A stretch of DNA of 64,000 nt from Kiritimatiellia bacterium (GCA_045603485.1 JAZUMF010000117.1:24575-88574), one strand, 5' to 3'. Counted from the stretch's first letter, positions 1 through 8,971 are shown. The notes: generated by a model not told the origin, from the letters alone. Numbers and translations: made by a program.

Positions 1-540
1 GAAAAGAACAAGAAAGTCCTCGTATGGCCCATCCCAGCATTCGCTGCCGTTTTCTGGCTCATTCCAGATTTCCCAATACTCAATGTTGTAATGAAAGCCG
101 TCGGCCCAGCCCTCGTTGTAATGGGCGATAATATGCTCACAAATTTGCGCCCATTTATTAAAATCCTTTGGAGGCTTGGAATCGTATTTTTTTATCCGAT
201 GGTCAATCTTGTTTCCCAAGCGGTAGAAAACCTTCGTTCCGGCTTCGAGAATGCTTTGCGTGTAAAAGTCGGTGCAGGCGAAATCATAGGACGCGGGATC
301 GTTTACATCGGCGTCGAAGTTAGGAAAGATTGCATTGATATCAACCGTGTGTTCACCGCCATAAGAAGCGCAAAATGCCGCGTCATGGTTTCGAGCGTAA
401 GGTATCGATGCTTCCTTGTAGGCTTCAAAGTTGCCTGTTTTTGAAAACATTCTCTTAGGCTTTACAGGGCCGTTGTTTACCGCGTGCATAGGCTTGATGG
501 AGCCGATAATCCTGTCAAAGTCAATCTTAATTTCAGCCAT
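1..540 (-). CDS. GH39-like glycoside hydrolase, 5' part (runs off the left edge)
   Basis: Not in the ORF track. Manual translation from ATG at 540: MAEIKIDFDRIIGSIKPMHAVNNGP...ARNHD...FYRLG...YWEIWNEP. The WNEP motif is the clan GH-A acid/base signature. Confidence 0.8.
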   Translation of the reverse strand, partial: MAEIKIDFDRIIGSIKPMHAVNNGPVKPKRMFSKTGNFEAYKEASIPYARNHDAAFCASYGGEHTVDINAIFPNFDADVNDPASYDFACTDFYTQSILEAGTKVFYRLGNKIDHRIKKYDSKPPKDFNKWAQICEHIIAHYNEGWADGFHYNIEYWEIWNEPENGSECWDGPYEDFLVLF

Positions 541-605
541 AATGTTACAGTCCAAAGTTAGAGTTGCAAAGTAAATCTTATTCAGTTTATCTTATGTAAA
601 TTACA

Positions 606-699
606 ATGTCAAGGCAGCGTTTGCGTGGGGAGAGTTAATCTCGCGCGGAGCCGCGGAGACGCGGAGATGTCAAGGCAGCGCGCGCGTGCGTGGGGAGAG
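606..699. repeat. Direct repeat (ATGTCAAGGCAGCG...TGCGTGGGGAGAG, 2 copies) enclosing three CGCGGAG units
   Basis: Copies at 606-634 and 667-699. CGCGGAG at 644, 652 and 660 (8-nt period). Confidence 0.8.
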
Positions 700-815
700 A
701 CGCCGTTTTGTTTAGTGATACTTTTTTAATGGTTTGCAACGATTGAGGCTCCAGTATTTCACGGCTGTCATTCACAAAGCGGCAAAGGACAAGTTTAATG
801 GAAAAAAGAAAGTAC

Positions 816-844
816 TTGCTTTTTTTTTATTATGCGAGTATAAT
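816..844 (+). promoter_or_regulatory. sigma70-type promoter of the tRNA cluster
   Basis: TTGCTT-17 bp-TATAAT, ending 13 nt before the first tRNA. Confidence 0.8.
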
Positions 845-857
845 ATTTACTCGTTGT

Positions 858-934
858 GCGCCTCTAGCTCAATTGGATAGAGCATCTGACTACGGATCAG
901 AAGGTTGCAGGTTCAACTCCTGCGAGGCGCGCCA
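858..934 (+). tRNA. tRNA-Arg(ACG), copy 1
   Basis: Acceptor stem GCGCCTC/GAGGCGC, anticodon arm TCTGA-CTACGGA-TCAGA, T-loop GGTTCAA, encoded CCA. Confidence 0.97.
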
Positions 935-949
935 TTCTTAACTTTTCGT

Positions 950-1026
950 TGCGGGGTGGAGCAGCTTGGCAGCTCGTCAGGCCCATAACCTGAAGGTCAT
1001 AGGTTCAAATCCTATCCCCGCTACCA
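950..1026 (+). tRNA. Initiator tRNA-fMet(CAT), copy 1
   Basis: GCGGGGTGGAGCAGC...AGCTCG fMet-type scaffold, 1:72 mismatch (U/U), anticodon arm TCAGG-CCCATAA-CCTGA, CCA end. Confidence 0.93.
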
Positions 1027-1029
1027 AAT

Positions 1030-1106
1030 GCGCCTCTAGCTCAATTGGATAGAGCATCTGACTACGGATCAGAAGGTTGCAGGTTCAACTCCTGCGAGGC
1101 GCGCCA
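1030..1106 (+). tRNA. tRNA-Arg(ACG), copy 2
   Basis: Identical to 858-934. Confidence 0.97.
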
Positions 1107-1120
1107 CTTTTTTTCTCCGT

Positions 1121-1197
1121 TGCGGGGTGGAGCAGCTTGGCAGCTCGTCAGGCCCATAACCTGAAGGTCATAGGTTCAAATCCTATCCCCGCTACCA
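1121..1197 (+). tRNA. Initiator tRNA-fMet(CAT), copy 2
   Basis: Identical to 950-1026. Confidence 0.93.
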
Positions 1198-1201
1198 ATT
1201 T

Positions 1202-1278
1202 GCGCCTGTAGCTCAATTGGACAGAGCGTTAGCCTCCGGAGCTGAAGGTTGTGGGTTCGATCCCCGCCAGGCGCGCCA
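1202..1278 (+). tRNA. tRNA-Arg(CCG)
   Basis: Acceptor stem GCGCCTG/CAGGCGC, anticodon loop CTCCGGA, GGTTCGA T-loop, CCA end. Confidence 0.96.
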
Positions 1279-1407
1279 CTTGCGCCTCCCAAAATCTTTT
1301 TTTCAAAAAATACCCTTTACTTTGCCTTTGTGATTCTTTTGACATAAAAAGATTCCGAATGATACAATCTTAACAGATTACAGGTTTCACACTTTTTAGG
1401 AGTTTTT

Positions 1408-3444
1408 ATGGAAACGAGTTCTTCCTTGAATTTGAATTTTGATCCGCTGATTCCTTTCAATAAGGATCTTGTCGGTGTTGAGAATGTCGCTAACGAGCTT
1501 AGGAGTATCAGGGAACGCACTGGCTTTAGGCGTTTTTTGATTACGGGACCGGGCTTTAATGCTGTTATGTACGGCCCTTTTGCTGATGATGTTTATTCAA
1601 AAATCGGCGATGATATCGCGAAGATACAGAGCGAGCTTAAGGATACCGATATCAAGTTGTCATGGTGGTGTGCGCCGACAATCAGGTATTTTTCCGATTT
1701 TAATTCTATTGAAGATGCCGCAGGTAATAAGTGTGTCGACAATAAGAAGTGTCCTCTGGATGAAAGCTTTATCAAGGATTGGACAGCTAAAATCCGCTCT
1801 GTCGCCGAGCGTTGTGATTTGGAGTTTATCGTCATTGAGGATGACTTTGTTATCAATTTTTCACGCGGGTTAAATGAGTCGGGAGGCTGTTATTGCCACA
1901 GGCATTTAGAGCTTTTCGCAAAGCTATATGGAGAGCATTTGACGGCAGAGCAGATTTGGGACGCATTTGTTAACCGCACACCGGAAAACCTTCCAATCAG
2001 GCGTGCCTTTTCAGATGCTCAACGCGAGTCATTGGTTGCACTGGCTAAGCGTGTACGCAGTGAGGTCAATAAGGTCAATTCTAAGATCCGCATTGTTCTC
2101 TGCGAGCCTGGCGGCGCAGATTTGGACGGCGACAGCGCCGAGGCTATTACCCGAGCCTTTGCAGGTGAGAATCGTCCTGCTATCCGCCAGCAGGGTGCAA
2201 TTTACAGTGCAGAGACCACCCCAGCTATGATTCCTTCGGCACTATGTCATGCTATGTGGGTGACAGAACGGTTGCCGCGCGATATTGAGACATTCTATGA
2301 GGCTGATACATATCCTCATAACAGATTTTTCTCGTCGGCAACGGCTATGACTTCTTTGATGAGCGGCGTCTTGATGGCGGGCTCGTCTGACTTTATGTTT
2401 TATTGCACACAGTACCTTGACGATCCTTTGGAGGACGATGGGTACGCTGCTCAATACAAGAGACTTTTGCCTAAATTTGAAAAGGCGCACCGCTTTATCA
2501 TGGAGAAGGAGGCAAGGCTTACAGGTATCCGTCAGGTATGGTCTTCTGATGCGGCTTGGTTAAATAGGCGTGCGAAGAATCTTGATGGCGACCATTGGCA
2601 GAGTCTGATCCATTGGCAGTCATATTTTTATTCCAAGATGGGTTTGCCGTATACGATGCGTGACTGTGATGCGGCGGTCAATTCGCTTATCGGCGGTATG
2701 CCTGATTATTTGAGTGATGAGGAAATCAGGAGGATGCTTTCCGGCGGTCTCTTTATCGATGCTCAAGCTGCAGAGATATTGGCTAAGCGTGGATTTTCAA
2801 AGGAAATCGGCGCTGATGTCGAGCGCGTCGAAAGGATTCCGGCTCTTGGTGAGAAGATTTTGCCGGCCGCAGAATGTCAGTCTCGCGGTAAGCGGATGAA
2901 TGCTTCGTTTATCTTCAATGCCGGCGCCGAGGGCTCTATTAGGCGTTATGCTGTCTTGAAGCCTCATGACGGCACTAAGGTGCTCAGTTCATACCTTGAC
3001 AATTATGATAATGAAATTGCTCCGTCATTTACATATTTCGAGAATGAACTTGGCGGTCGTGTGGCAATCATGCCTACTTCTCTTTGCAACAATAGGACTT
3101 CTTCTCTTTACAATTTGCGTAGGCAGGAGATGTTGCGAAATGTCTTTAACCGCCTTGCCGGTGAAAATGGCCTGCCTGTGAATGTTAAGAACGCGCCCGG
3201 AGTTTGGGTGCTTGCGGCATTGTCTAAGGCCGGTGATGAGATGCTTGTCATGGTCAATAATCTTAACTGTGATGTTCGGGCAGGAGTTAAGCTTGATATC
3301 GGCAAGAATTGGTCTTCGGCGAAGGCATATTTCCTGAATGACGATGGTAATGAGGTCCCATTGGATATCAAGGACGGTGTCATTACAATTGAAAAGCCTC
3401 TCGGGGTTATGATCCCAGAGTTTATCCATCTTTCTCTTCCCTGA
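1408..3444 (+). CDS. Putative glycoside hydrolase-like protein (TIM-barrel N-terminus, GH42 trimerisation-like C-terminus)
   Basis: 678-aa ORF with SD AGGAG; IEDDF and CYCHRH motifs; 'GGLFIDAQAA' and 'ENELGGRV' segments typical of beta-galactosidase middle domains. Family not certain. Confidence 0.55.
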   Translation: METSSSLNLNFDPLIPFNKDLVGVENVANELRSIRERTGFRRFLITGPGFNAVMYGPFADDVYSKIGDDIAKIQSELKDTDIKLSWWCAPTIRYFSDFNSIEDAAGNKCVDNKKCPLDESFIKDWTAKIRSVAERCDLEFIVIEDDFVINFSRGLNESGGCYCHRHLELFAKLYGEHLTAEQIWDAFVNRTPENLPIRRAFSDAQRESLVALAKRVRSEVNKVNSKIRIVLCEPGGADLDGDSAEAITRAFAGENRPAIRQQGAIYSAETTPAMIPSALCHAMWVTERLPRDIETFYEADTYPHNRFFSSATAMTSLMSGVLMAGSSDFMFYCTQYLDDPLEDDGYAAQYKRLLPKFEKAHRFIMEKEARLTGIRQVWSSDAAWLNRRAKNLDGDHWQSLIHWQSYFYSKMGLPYTMRDCDAAVNSLIGGMPDYLSDEEIRRMLSGGLFIDAQAAEILAKRGFSKEIGADVERVERIPALGEKILPAAECQSRGKRMNASFIFNAGAEGSIRRYAVLKPHDGTKVLSSYLDNYDNEIAPSFTYFENELGGRVAIMPTSLCNNRTSSLYNLRRQEMLRNVFNRLAGENGLPVNVKNAPGVWVLAALSKAGDEMLVMVNNLNCDVRAGVKLDIGKNWSSAKAYFLNDDGNEVPLDIKDGVITIEKPLGVMIPEFIHLSLP

Positions 3445-3461
3445 AGAGAGAAGGTTTTTTT
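3430..3461 (+). terminator. Probable intrinsic terminator overlapping the stop codon
   Basis: TCTCTTC-CCT-GAAGAGA stem followed closely by T7. Confidence 0.5.
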
Positions 3462-3663
3462 GACAATTGCTAATGTCAATCGAGTCGCCAAAAAACTGTC
3501 TAACTTACAAACTCGCAACACTGTAACACTTGCAAACTGACAATATACAATGCAAGTTACAAGTGTTGCAGTAGGGATGTTTCGAGTCCGGGAGTTATAG
3601 TTGCCAACCCAAAGTCTAACATCTATCGGTAATTGACAACATTGATATCGGTATCGGCATTTC

Positions 3664-4533
3664 TCAGTTGCGATAGCTGAAGGTGCAGGAGTCACCCTCG
3701 TTCTCGCGGAAGATTTCATCCCACTCGCGAGGCCGTTCCTCGCCTTCTTTAAGGGGAGACGGGAAGAAAAAGTCGCTTTGCTTTAGAGATACGACTGCGC
3801 GATCTTCGTAGGAGCGCATTATTGCAAAGCCGATTGTTCCCCACCATCCCGTTGACGGAACGCACACCTCGCGAGTGACATGGCGTTTAGAAAAACCGCT
3901 GTAGTACCAGTTCTTTATCCATTGATGCTTGTGTCCATAGACATATCCTACAAAATTAGGATTGTCTTCAAAGGTGGCTCGGATATCTTTGCCGTTTATG
4001 CGGAGCTCGCAGGGCGGATGGTGTGAGCCGATGATAAAGGGGCGCTTTGATTCGGCGGCAGCCTTGCAGAGCCATTCGGCCTGTGCTTCGTCAAGGATAC
4101 CCTCAACGGCATTCCAGCCGCCTTCATCGCCGATCTCCTTGAGGGAGTCCAAGAGGAAGAGGTCAAGTGTGCCGAGATCAACGGCAGCGGCGGCGCGTCC
4201 GGGAACTGGTGAGCGCTCAAGACTTTCAGGGTGGTACCTGAAGAAGGAATCGCGATGGTCATGATTGCCAAGCGTTAGTATCAGGTCAATGCCGGCATCG
4301 CGAATTCTGTTTAATTCATCCATTGATTCTTCGTAATCGGCTGAAAGTCCCTTCCAGAGTGAAATATCGCCAAAAATGACAACACGGGCGGGCAGGGGGT
4401 CCATCGCCAGTATTTGGTCTACAGCATTTACGAAGAGGGGATTTTGGTAGACAGGCTGTCCGGCGACCTCTTTGCCGCTTACATGGATGTCTGAAAGAAA
4501 AATCGAAAGATTCTTGTCAAATTTTTTTTGCAT
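3664..4533 (-). CDS. Calcineurin-like metallophosphoesterase
   Basis: Motifs SDIH, FGD, GNHD, SHHP, GHKH. ATG at 4533 preceded by GGAG. Confidence 0.88.
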   Translation of the reverse strand: MQKKFDKNLSIFLSDIHVSGKEVAGQPVYQNPLFVNAVDQILAMDPLPARVVIFGDISLWKGLSADYEESMDELNRIRDAGIDLILTLGNHDHRDSFFRYHPESLERSPVPGRAAAAVDLGTLDLFLLDSLKEIGDEGGWNAVEGILDEAQAEWLCKAAAESKRPFIIGSHHPPCELRINGKDIRATFEDNPNFVGYVYGHKHQWIKNWYYSGFSKRHVTREVCVPSTGWWGTIGFAIMRSYEDRAVVSLKQSDFFFPSPLKEGEERPREWDEIFRENEGDSCTFSYRN

Positions 4534-4691
4534 CGTAAACTCCAAAGGTTTTAATTAAGTTTACAATTCTTTTCCTTTAAGCGCAAGCGTTGTTATGAAT
4601 CCATAGGGTAGCTTGGAACGGGAGCTAGGTAAGGTTGCGGTGTGACGCTGCTAATGTGATAATGCCGCCAACGGAAAATGAATAACTCTAA

Positions 4692-4720
4692 TTGACATAA
4701 ACGAACGAATTAAATAAACT
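4692..4720 (+). promoter_or_regulatory. sigma70-type promoter of the aldolase-rhaA operon
   Basis: TTGACA-17 bp-TAAACT. Confidence 0.65.
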
Positions 4721-4785
4721 ATTATAGTGTTTTTATCTTATGCATCGAGAGTGTTTCCGTTGCAGTTTTGTTGGAGTATTATAAA

Positions 4786-5604
4786 ATGGCAGACAAATCA
4801 CTTTACATCAAGCCGCCGCTTGTTGTTCGTGCTTTTGATTGGACAAAGCACAATCCTAAAACCCGTAAGACGATTGACGCATTTTTCGTCTCTGAAGAGG
4901 TTACTGCAGTAAAGAGGCAGATGGTAGAGGTCGGTCAGCGACTCTACAAGCGTGAATATGTTGATGGAAACGGCGGCAATCTTTCTGTTCGCGTTGCCAA
5001 GGATCTTGTGCTATGCACTCCTACATTGTGCTCAAAGGGCTTTATGACCGTTGAGGATATCTGCCTTGTTGATATGAAGGCAGGTCAATTATGCGGTTAT
5101 CGTCCTGCAACCAGCGAGGTGAGAGTTCATATCGCCATGATGAAGGCCGGTGGCGTAAATGCTTGTGTCCACGCTCATCCTCCTTGCTGCAATGCCTTCC
5201 TGCTGGCTGGTATGGTTCCTCCAAACGGTGTTAATCCTGAGGCCGACATTTTCCTTGGTCAGATTCCTTTGGCTCCATATCAAACTCCTGGTACACCAGA
5301 GGTCGCTGCATCTGTTGCAGAGGCTGCAAAGCAGTCCAATGTCGTCTTTATGGAGAACCATGGCGTTATTTCAGGTGCTGCCGATATTGAGGCTGCGGAG
5401 TGGTATCTTGAAAATGCGGATGCCTATTGCAAGATGCTTCTTTTGGCGGGTCTCCATAAGGGCAGAATCAATCAGGTTAAGGAAAAGTATCTTGATGCCT
5501 TCCTTTCAATCCGCAAGGCAAATGGCTTGGTTGTCCCCGAAGGTCAGCCTCCATATAATATGCGTGAATTCGCAGGCTACCGTATGGGACAGTCGGGCGA
5601 ATAG
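4786..5604 (+). CDS. Class II aldolase/adducin family protein (probable rhamnulose/fuculose-1-phosphate aldolase)
   Basis: GGNLS, TPT, TSE..H, VHAHP and ENHG zinc motifs; directly upstream of rhaA. Confidence 0.88.
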   Translation: MADKSLYIKPPLVVRAFDWTKHNPKTRKTIDAFFVSEEVTAVKRQMVEVGQRLYKREYVDGNGGNLSVRVAKDLVLCTPTLCSKGFMTVEDICLVDMKAGQLCGYRPATSEVRVHIAMMKAGGVNACVHAHPPCCNAFLLAGMVPPNGVNPEADIFLGQIPLAPYQTPGTPEVAASVAEAAKQSNVVFMENHGVISGAADIEAAEWYLENADAYCKMLLLAGLHKGRINQVKEKYLDAFLSIRKANGLVVPEGQPPYNMREFAGYRMGQSGE

Positions 5605-5637
5605 TCTTTCAGGTCTTTTACAGTAAGGAGTTTTATA

Positions 5638-6888
5638 ATGAGTTTTGCTGAAGCTAAAGCCAAATATGCAGCAATCGGTGTTGATGTAGAGGCTGCTCTT
5701 GATAAGCTTTCCAAGGTTCCTGTCGCGCTTCATTGCTGGCAAGGTGACGATGTTATCGGCTTTGACCATGACGGTCCTCTTTCTGGTGGTATTCAGACAA
5801 CTGGTAATTACCCTGGAAAGGCCCGCACTCCAGAGGAGTTGATGGCTGACATCGATAAGGTGCTTTCCCTTTGCCCGGGCACAAAGAAGATAAATATTCA
5901 CGCCTGCTATGCCATTTTTAAGCCCGGCGAGTGGGTCGATCGTGATAAGATTGGTCCAGAGCACTTTGCCAAATGGGTAGAGTTTTGCAAGGCTCGCGGT
6001 CTTGGTGCTGATTTTAATCCAACATTTTTCAGCCATCCCAAGTGCGATCCTTTGACTCTCTCAAGCCCCAATGAGGAGACTCGTCGTTTTTGGATTGAGC
6101 ATGGCAAGTGCTGCGTTCGCATTGCACAATATTTCGCGGAGGAGCTTGGTCAGCCCTGCGTTCTAAATCTTTGGGCCGGTGATGGCTTTAAGGATATTCC
6201 TGCCGACCGTCTTGGTCCCCGTCAGCGTTATCGTGCATCATTTGATGAGATTATCGCAGAACCATTTGACAAGTCAAAGGTTTATATTACCGTTGAGGCT
6301 AAACTTTTCGGTATCGGTGTTGAGTCATATACCGTCGGCAGTAACGAGTTTTGTCTTAAGTATGCCGCAGCCAACAAAGATAATGGCGTGATTTCCTTGA
6401 TGGATGCAGGCCACTATCATCCGACTGAGGTGATTTCCGATAAGATAAGTGCTCTTCTTACTTATGATGATAAGATTGCTCTTCATGTTTCTCGTCCTGT
6501 CCGTTGGGATAGCGACCATGTCGTAATCTTTGATGATGAGACAAAGGAGATTGCTCGCGAGATTGTCCGCTGTGATGCTCTTGACCGCGTCTTTATTGCT
6601 CTTGACTACTTTGATGCGTCAATCAATCGTATCGCGGCATGGACGACGGGCTTCCGTTCAATGCAGAAGGCTCTGCTTTATGCATTGCTTCAGCCATGCG
6701 AGGAAATGAAGGCTCTTCAGGATAAGCAAGATTTTTCACGCCTTCTTGTTATGCAGGAGGAGCTTAAGTTTTATCCCTTCGGCGAAATTTGGGAAGAGTA
6801 TTGCAATCGCTCTGGAGCTCCTGCCGATGGAGCCTGGTTTGAGGATGTTCTTGCATACGAGCGTGATGTCCTCTCGAAGCGAGCATAA
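5638..6888 (+). CDS. rhaA: L-rhamnose isomerase
   Basis: HCWQGDD, TGNYPGKART, DFNPTFFSHP, KLFGIGVESYT, LHVSRPVRWDSDHV, LDYFDASINR. Confidence 0.97.
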   Translation: MSFAEAKAKYAAIGVDVEAALDKLSKVPVALHCWQGDDVIGFDHDGPLSGGIQTTGNYPGKARTPEELMADIDKVLSLCPGTKKINIHACYAIFKPGEWVDRDKIGPEHFAKWVEFCKARGLGADFNPTFFSHPKCDPLTLSSPNEETRRFWIEHGKCCVRIAQYFAEELGQPCVLNLWAGDGFKDIPADRLGPRQRYRASFDEIIAEPFDKSKVYITVEAKLFGIGVESYTVGSNEFCLKYAAANKDNGVISLMDAGHYHPTEVISDKISALLTYDDKIALHVSRPVRWDSDHVVIFDDETKEIAREIVRCDALDRVFIALDYFDASINRIAAWTTGFRSMQKALLYALLQPCEEMKALQDKQDFSRLLVMQEELKFYPFGEIWEEYCNRSGAPADGAWFEDVLAYERDVLSKRA

Positions 6889-6904
6889 TTTTTGCATATA
6901 TATT

Positions 6905-6943
6905 AAAAAAGGCAACCTCCGTAAGGATGGTTGCCTTTTTTTT
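6905..6943. terminator. Bidirectional intrinsic terminator
   Basis: A6-GGCAACC...GGTTGCC-T8 between convergent genes. Confidence 0.85.
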
Positions 6944-6949
6944 GCGGTT

Positions 6950-7507
6950 TTATAGGGCAAATTGCCATGGGATGGCTTTTATGTCGTGCGTTTCAAGTGG
7001 GATGGGCCTCTCTGTAATTTGCTTATGGTGGCAATAACCGACTATGAGTGTGTCTTTGCGGGTATTTAGGAGGAGTCTGTCGTACCAGCCGCCTCCGTAT
7101 CCGAGGCGTGCCCCGTCGGCATTGAAGGCTAATCCCGGTACGAAAATCAAATCAAGGTTTTCGCTGTTTATTAAATGTGGGGATTTGGGCTGGGGGATTC
7201 CCATTGGTCCTGTCTCGAGGTCGGTTTCTTCGGCGAAATGTGCAAATCGGTAGCAATTTTCGCTTTCTATCCAAGCGGGAATGCAGATTTCGCAATTAGC
7301 CTCTCTTAAGACTTTAATCAGGTTGTCTGTTGAGAGCTCTGTCCCAATTGAGATGTATATAGCTACTGATTTGACTGATTGGTTTGTTGAGAGAAATTCT
7401 GATAGTTTTTGAGACGCCAGTTGTGCCTCAAGGTTCATTTCTTCCTGAGAAATCGCTGCACGGACTTTTCTGAAATGGGTTCTAAGTGTTTTTTTGCTCG
7501 TTTCCAT
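6950..7507 (-). CDS. 5-formyltetrahydrofolate cyclo-ligase
   Basis: K..LR N-terminus, DLIFVPGLAF, RLGYGGGWYDR, ETHD. Start placed at METSKK. Confidence 0.92.
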   Translation of the reverse strand: METSKKTLRTHFRKVRAAISQEEMNLEAQLASQKLSEFLSTNQSVKSVAIYISIGTELSTDNLIKVLREANCEICIPAWIESENCYRFAHFAEETDLETGPMGIPQPKSPHLINSENLDLIFVPGLAFNADGARLGYGGGWYDRLLLNTRKDTLIVGYCHHKQITERPIPLETHDIKAIPWQFAL

Positions 7508-8828
7508 TGGGATACTCCCACGCCGCCATGCGTTTTGCGATGGTATCTTCATAGCCTATGTTGGTGGGCTTGTAGTAGCGTGCCGATGTGGGGATGTAGA
7601 CTTGTTCTACATGGTGGTCGGCATAGTCGTGCGGGTAGAGATATGGTTTTGGCTCTTCTTTCCCGGCAGCGGAGACATGAACATTTTTCAGATGCTCGGG
7701 GACGGGAAGAACTCTGCCTTGGCGGATATCTTCTGAGGCAGCTCCTATCGCCAAGTATGACGCATTGGATTTGGGCGCTGTTGCAAGGTAGGTTACCGCT
7801 TGAGCAAGGACGATTCGAGCTTCTGGCATGCCGACAAAATCAACGGCATGATATGCGGAAACGGCTATTGTCAGTGCTCTGGGGTCGGCATTGCCAATAT
7901 CTTCACTGGCAAAAATAACCATTCTGCGGACGATAAAGCGAGGGTCTTCTCCTGCGTCAAGCATCTTTGCGAGCCAATAGATTGCCGCATGAGGGTCGGA
8001 TCCGCGCATACTCTTAATAAAAGCGGAGATTGTGTCGTAGTGCCCATCTTCATTGCGGTCATAGGCAATCATCTTTTTCTGGACGCAATCCTGCATTATC
8101 GCAGTATCGACGATGACTGAACCGTTTTCATTTTTTGGCGTACTGCGAACGGCTACTTCAAGGGCTGTCAGGGCTCGGCGGGCATCGCCTTCGCATATTT
8201 CAGCCAAGAAGGATACAGCTTCATCGGAGACTTGCGGCTTGAAGGACGCCAGACCTCGCTCTAAATCGGAAAGGGATCTGCGAATTAGCGTTTCTATTGA
8301 CTTTGCGTCAAGAGAATGTAATTCAAAAACTAGGGAGCGCGAGGTTAGCGGCGTGTTGATGAATATCTGCGGATTGTGGGTGGTGGCTCCGATAAGTGTC
8401 ACTGTACCATCTTCAATATATGGCAAAAGGACATCCTGCTGAGCTTTATTGAAGCGATGGATTTCGTCGACGAATAGGACCGTTCCTCTAACGCCGAGCA
8501 TTGTGCGAGCCCCTTCGCATACGCTGCGGATTGCTGCGACATTGCTTGTGACACCGCTGGCCCGTTCAAATCTGCGACATGTAGCTTTGGCAATTACTTC
8601 GGCAAGAGAAGTTTTTCCGCAACCGGGAGGACCATAGAAGATTAAGTTGGTTAATCGGTCCGCTTCGATAACGCGTCTAAGGAGGCGACCTTCACCTAGG
8701 ATGTGCTCTTGACCTACAACTTCATCAAGGGTGCGCGGGCGCATCCTTGCAGCAAGGGGAACGGCGACGGAATAATCTGCTTCATCAATGTCGCCATTTC
8801 GTTTGGTACTGGCAAATAAATCATCCAT
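7482..8828 (-). CDS. rarA: Replication-associated recombination protein A (MgsA/RarA AAA+ ATPase)
   Basis: PLAARMRP, GPPGCGKT, DEIHRFNKAQQD, SAFIKSMRGSD, SEDIGNAD, YLYPHD. Confidence 0.97.
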   Translation of the reverse strand: MDDLFASTKRNGDIDEADYSVAVPLAARMRPRTLDEVVGQEHILGEGRLLRRVIEADRLTNLIFYGPPGCGKTSLAEVIAKATCRRFERASGVTSNVAAIRSVCEGARTMLGVRGTVLFVDEIHRFNKAQQDVLLPYIEDGTVTLIGATTHNPQIFINTPLTSRSLVFELHSLDAKSIETLIRRSLSDLERGLASFKPQVSDEAVSFLAEICEGDARRALTALEVAVRSTPKNENGSVIVDTAIMQDCVQKKMIAYDRNEDGHYDTISAFIKSMRGSDPHAAIYWLAKMLDAGEDPRFIVRRMVIFASEDIGNADPRALTIAVSAYHAVDFVGMPEARIVLAQAVTYLATAPKSNASYLAIGAASEDIRQGRVLPVPEHLKNVHVSAAGKEEPKPYLYPHDYADHHVEQVYIPTSARYYKPTNIGYEDTIAKRMAAWEYPNGNEQKNT

Positions 8829-8841
8829 CGGGAAGGGGACT

Positions 8842-8870
8842 AAAAAACAAAAGCCGCGATAAACGCGGCC
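8842..8870 (-). terminator. Terminator after tRNA-Cys
   Basis: Minus strand GCCGCG-TTTAT-CGCGGC followed by a T-rich tail. Confidence 0.7.
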
Positions 8871-8883
8871 TCATTGAAGTTGA

Positions 8884-8957
8884 TGGAGGCGTGGATCGGA
8901 GTCGAACCGATCTAGAAGGATTTGCAGTCCTCTGCCTAACCGCTTGGCTACCACGCC
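8884..8957 (-). tRNA. tRNA-Cys(GCA)
   Basis: Minus strand GGCGTGG...GAGGA-CTGCAAA-TCCTT...GGTTCGA...CCACGCC-T-CCA; U73 discriminator. Confidence 0.96.
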
Positions 8958-8971
8958 ATCAAGATATAAAT

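Noticed and set aside
91-444. 117-aa plus-strand ORF in the track
   Set aside because: It is antisense to the GH39-like gene (1-540, minus), which has clear family motifs.
1281-1290. TGCGCCTCCC after tRNA-Arg(CCG) as a possible att remnant
   Set aside because: Only a 7-8-nt match, to a tRNA 5' end rather than a 3' end, and no integrase nearby.
3108-3719. 203-aa minus-strand ORF spanning the convergent intergenic region
   Set aside because: It overlaps two better-supported genes and shows no recognisable motifs.
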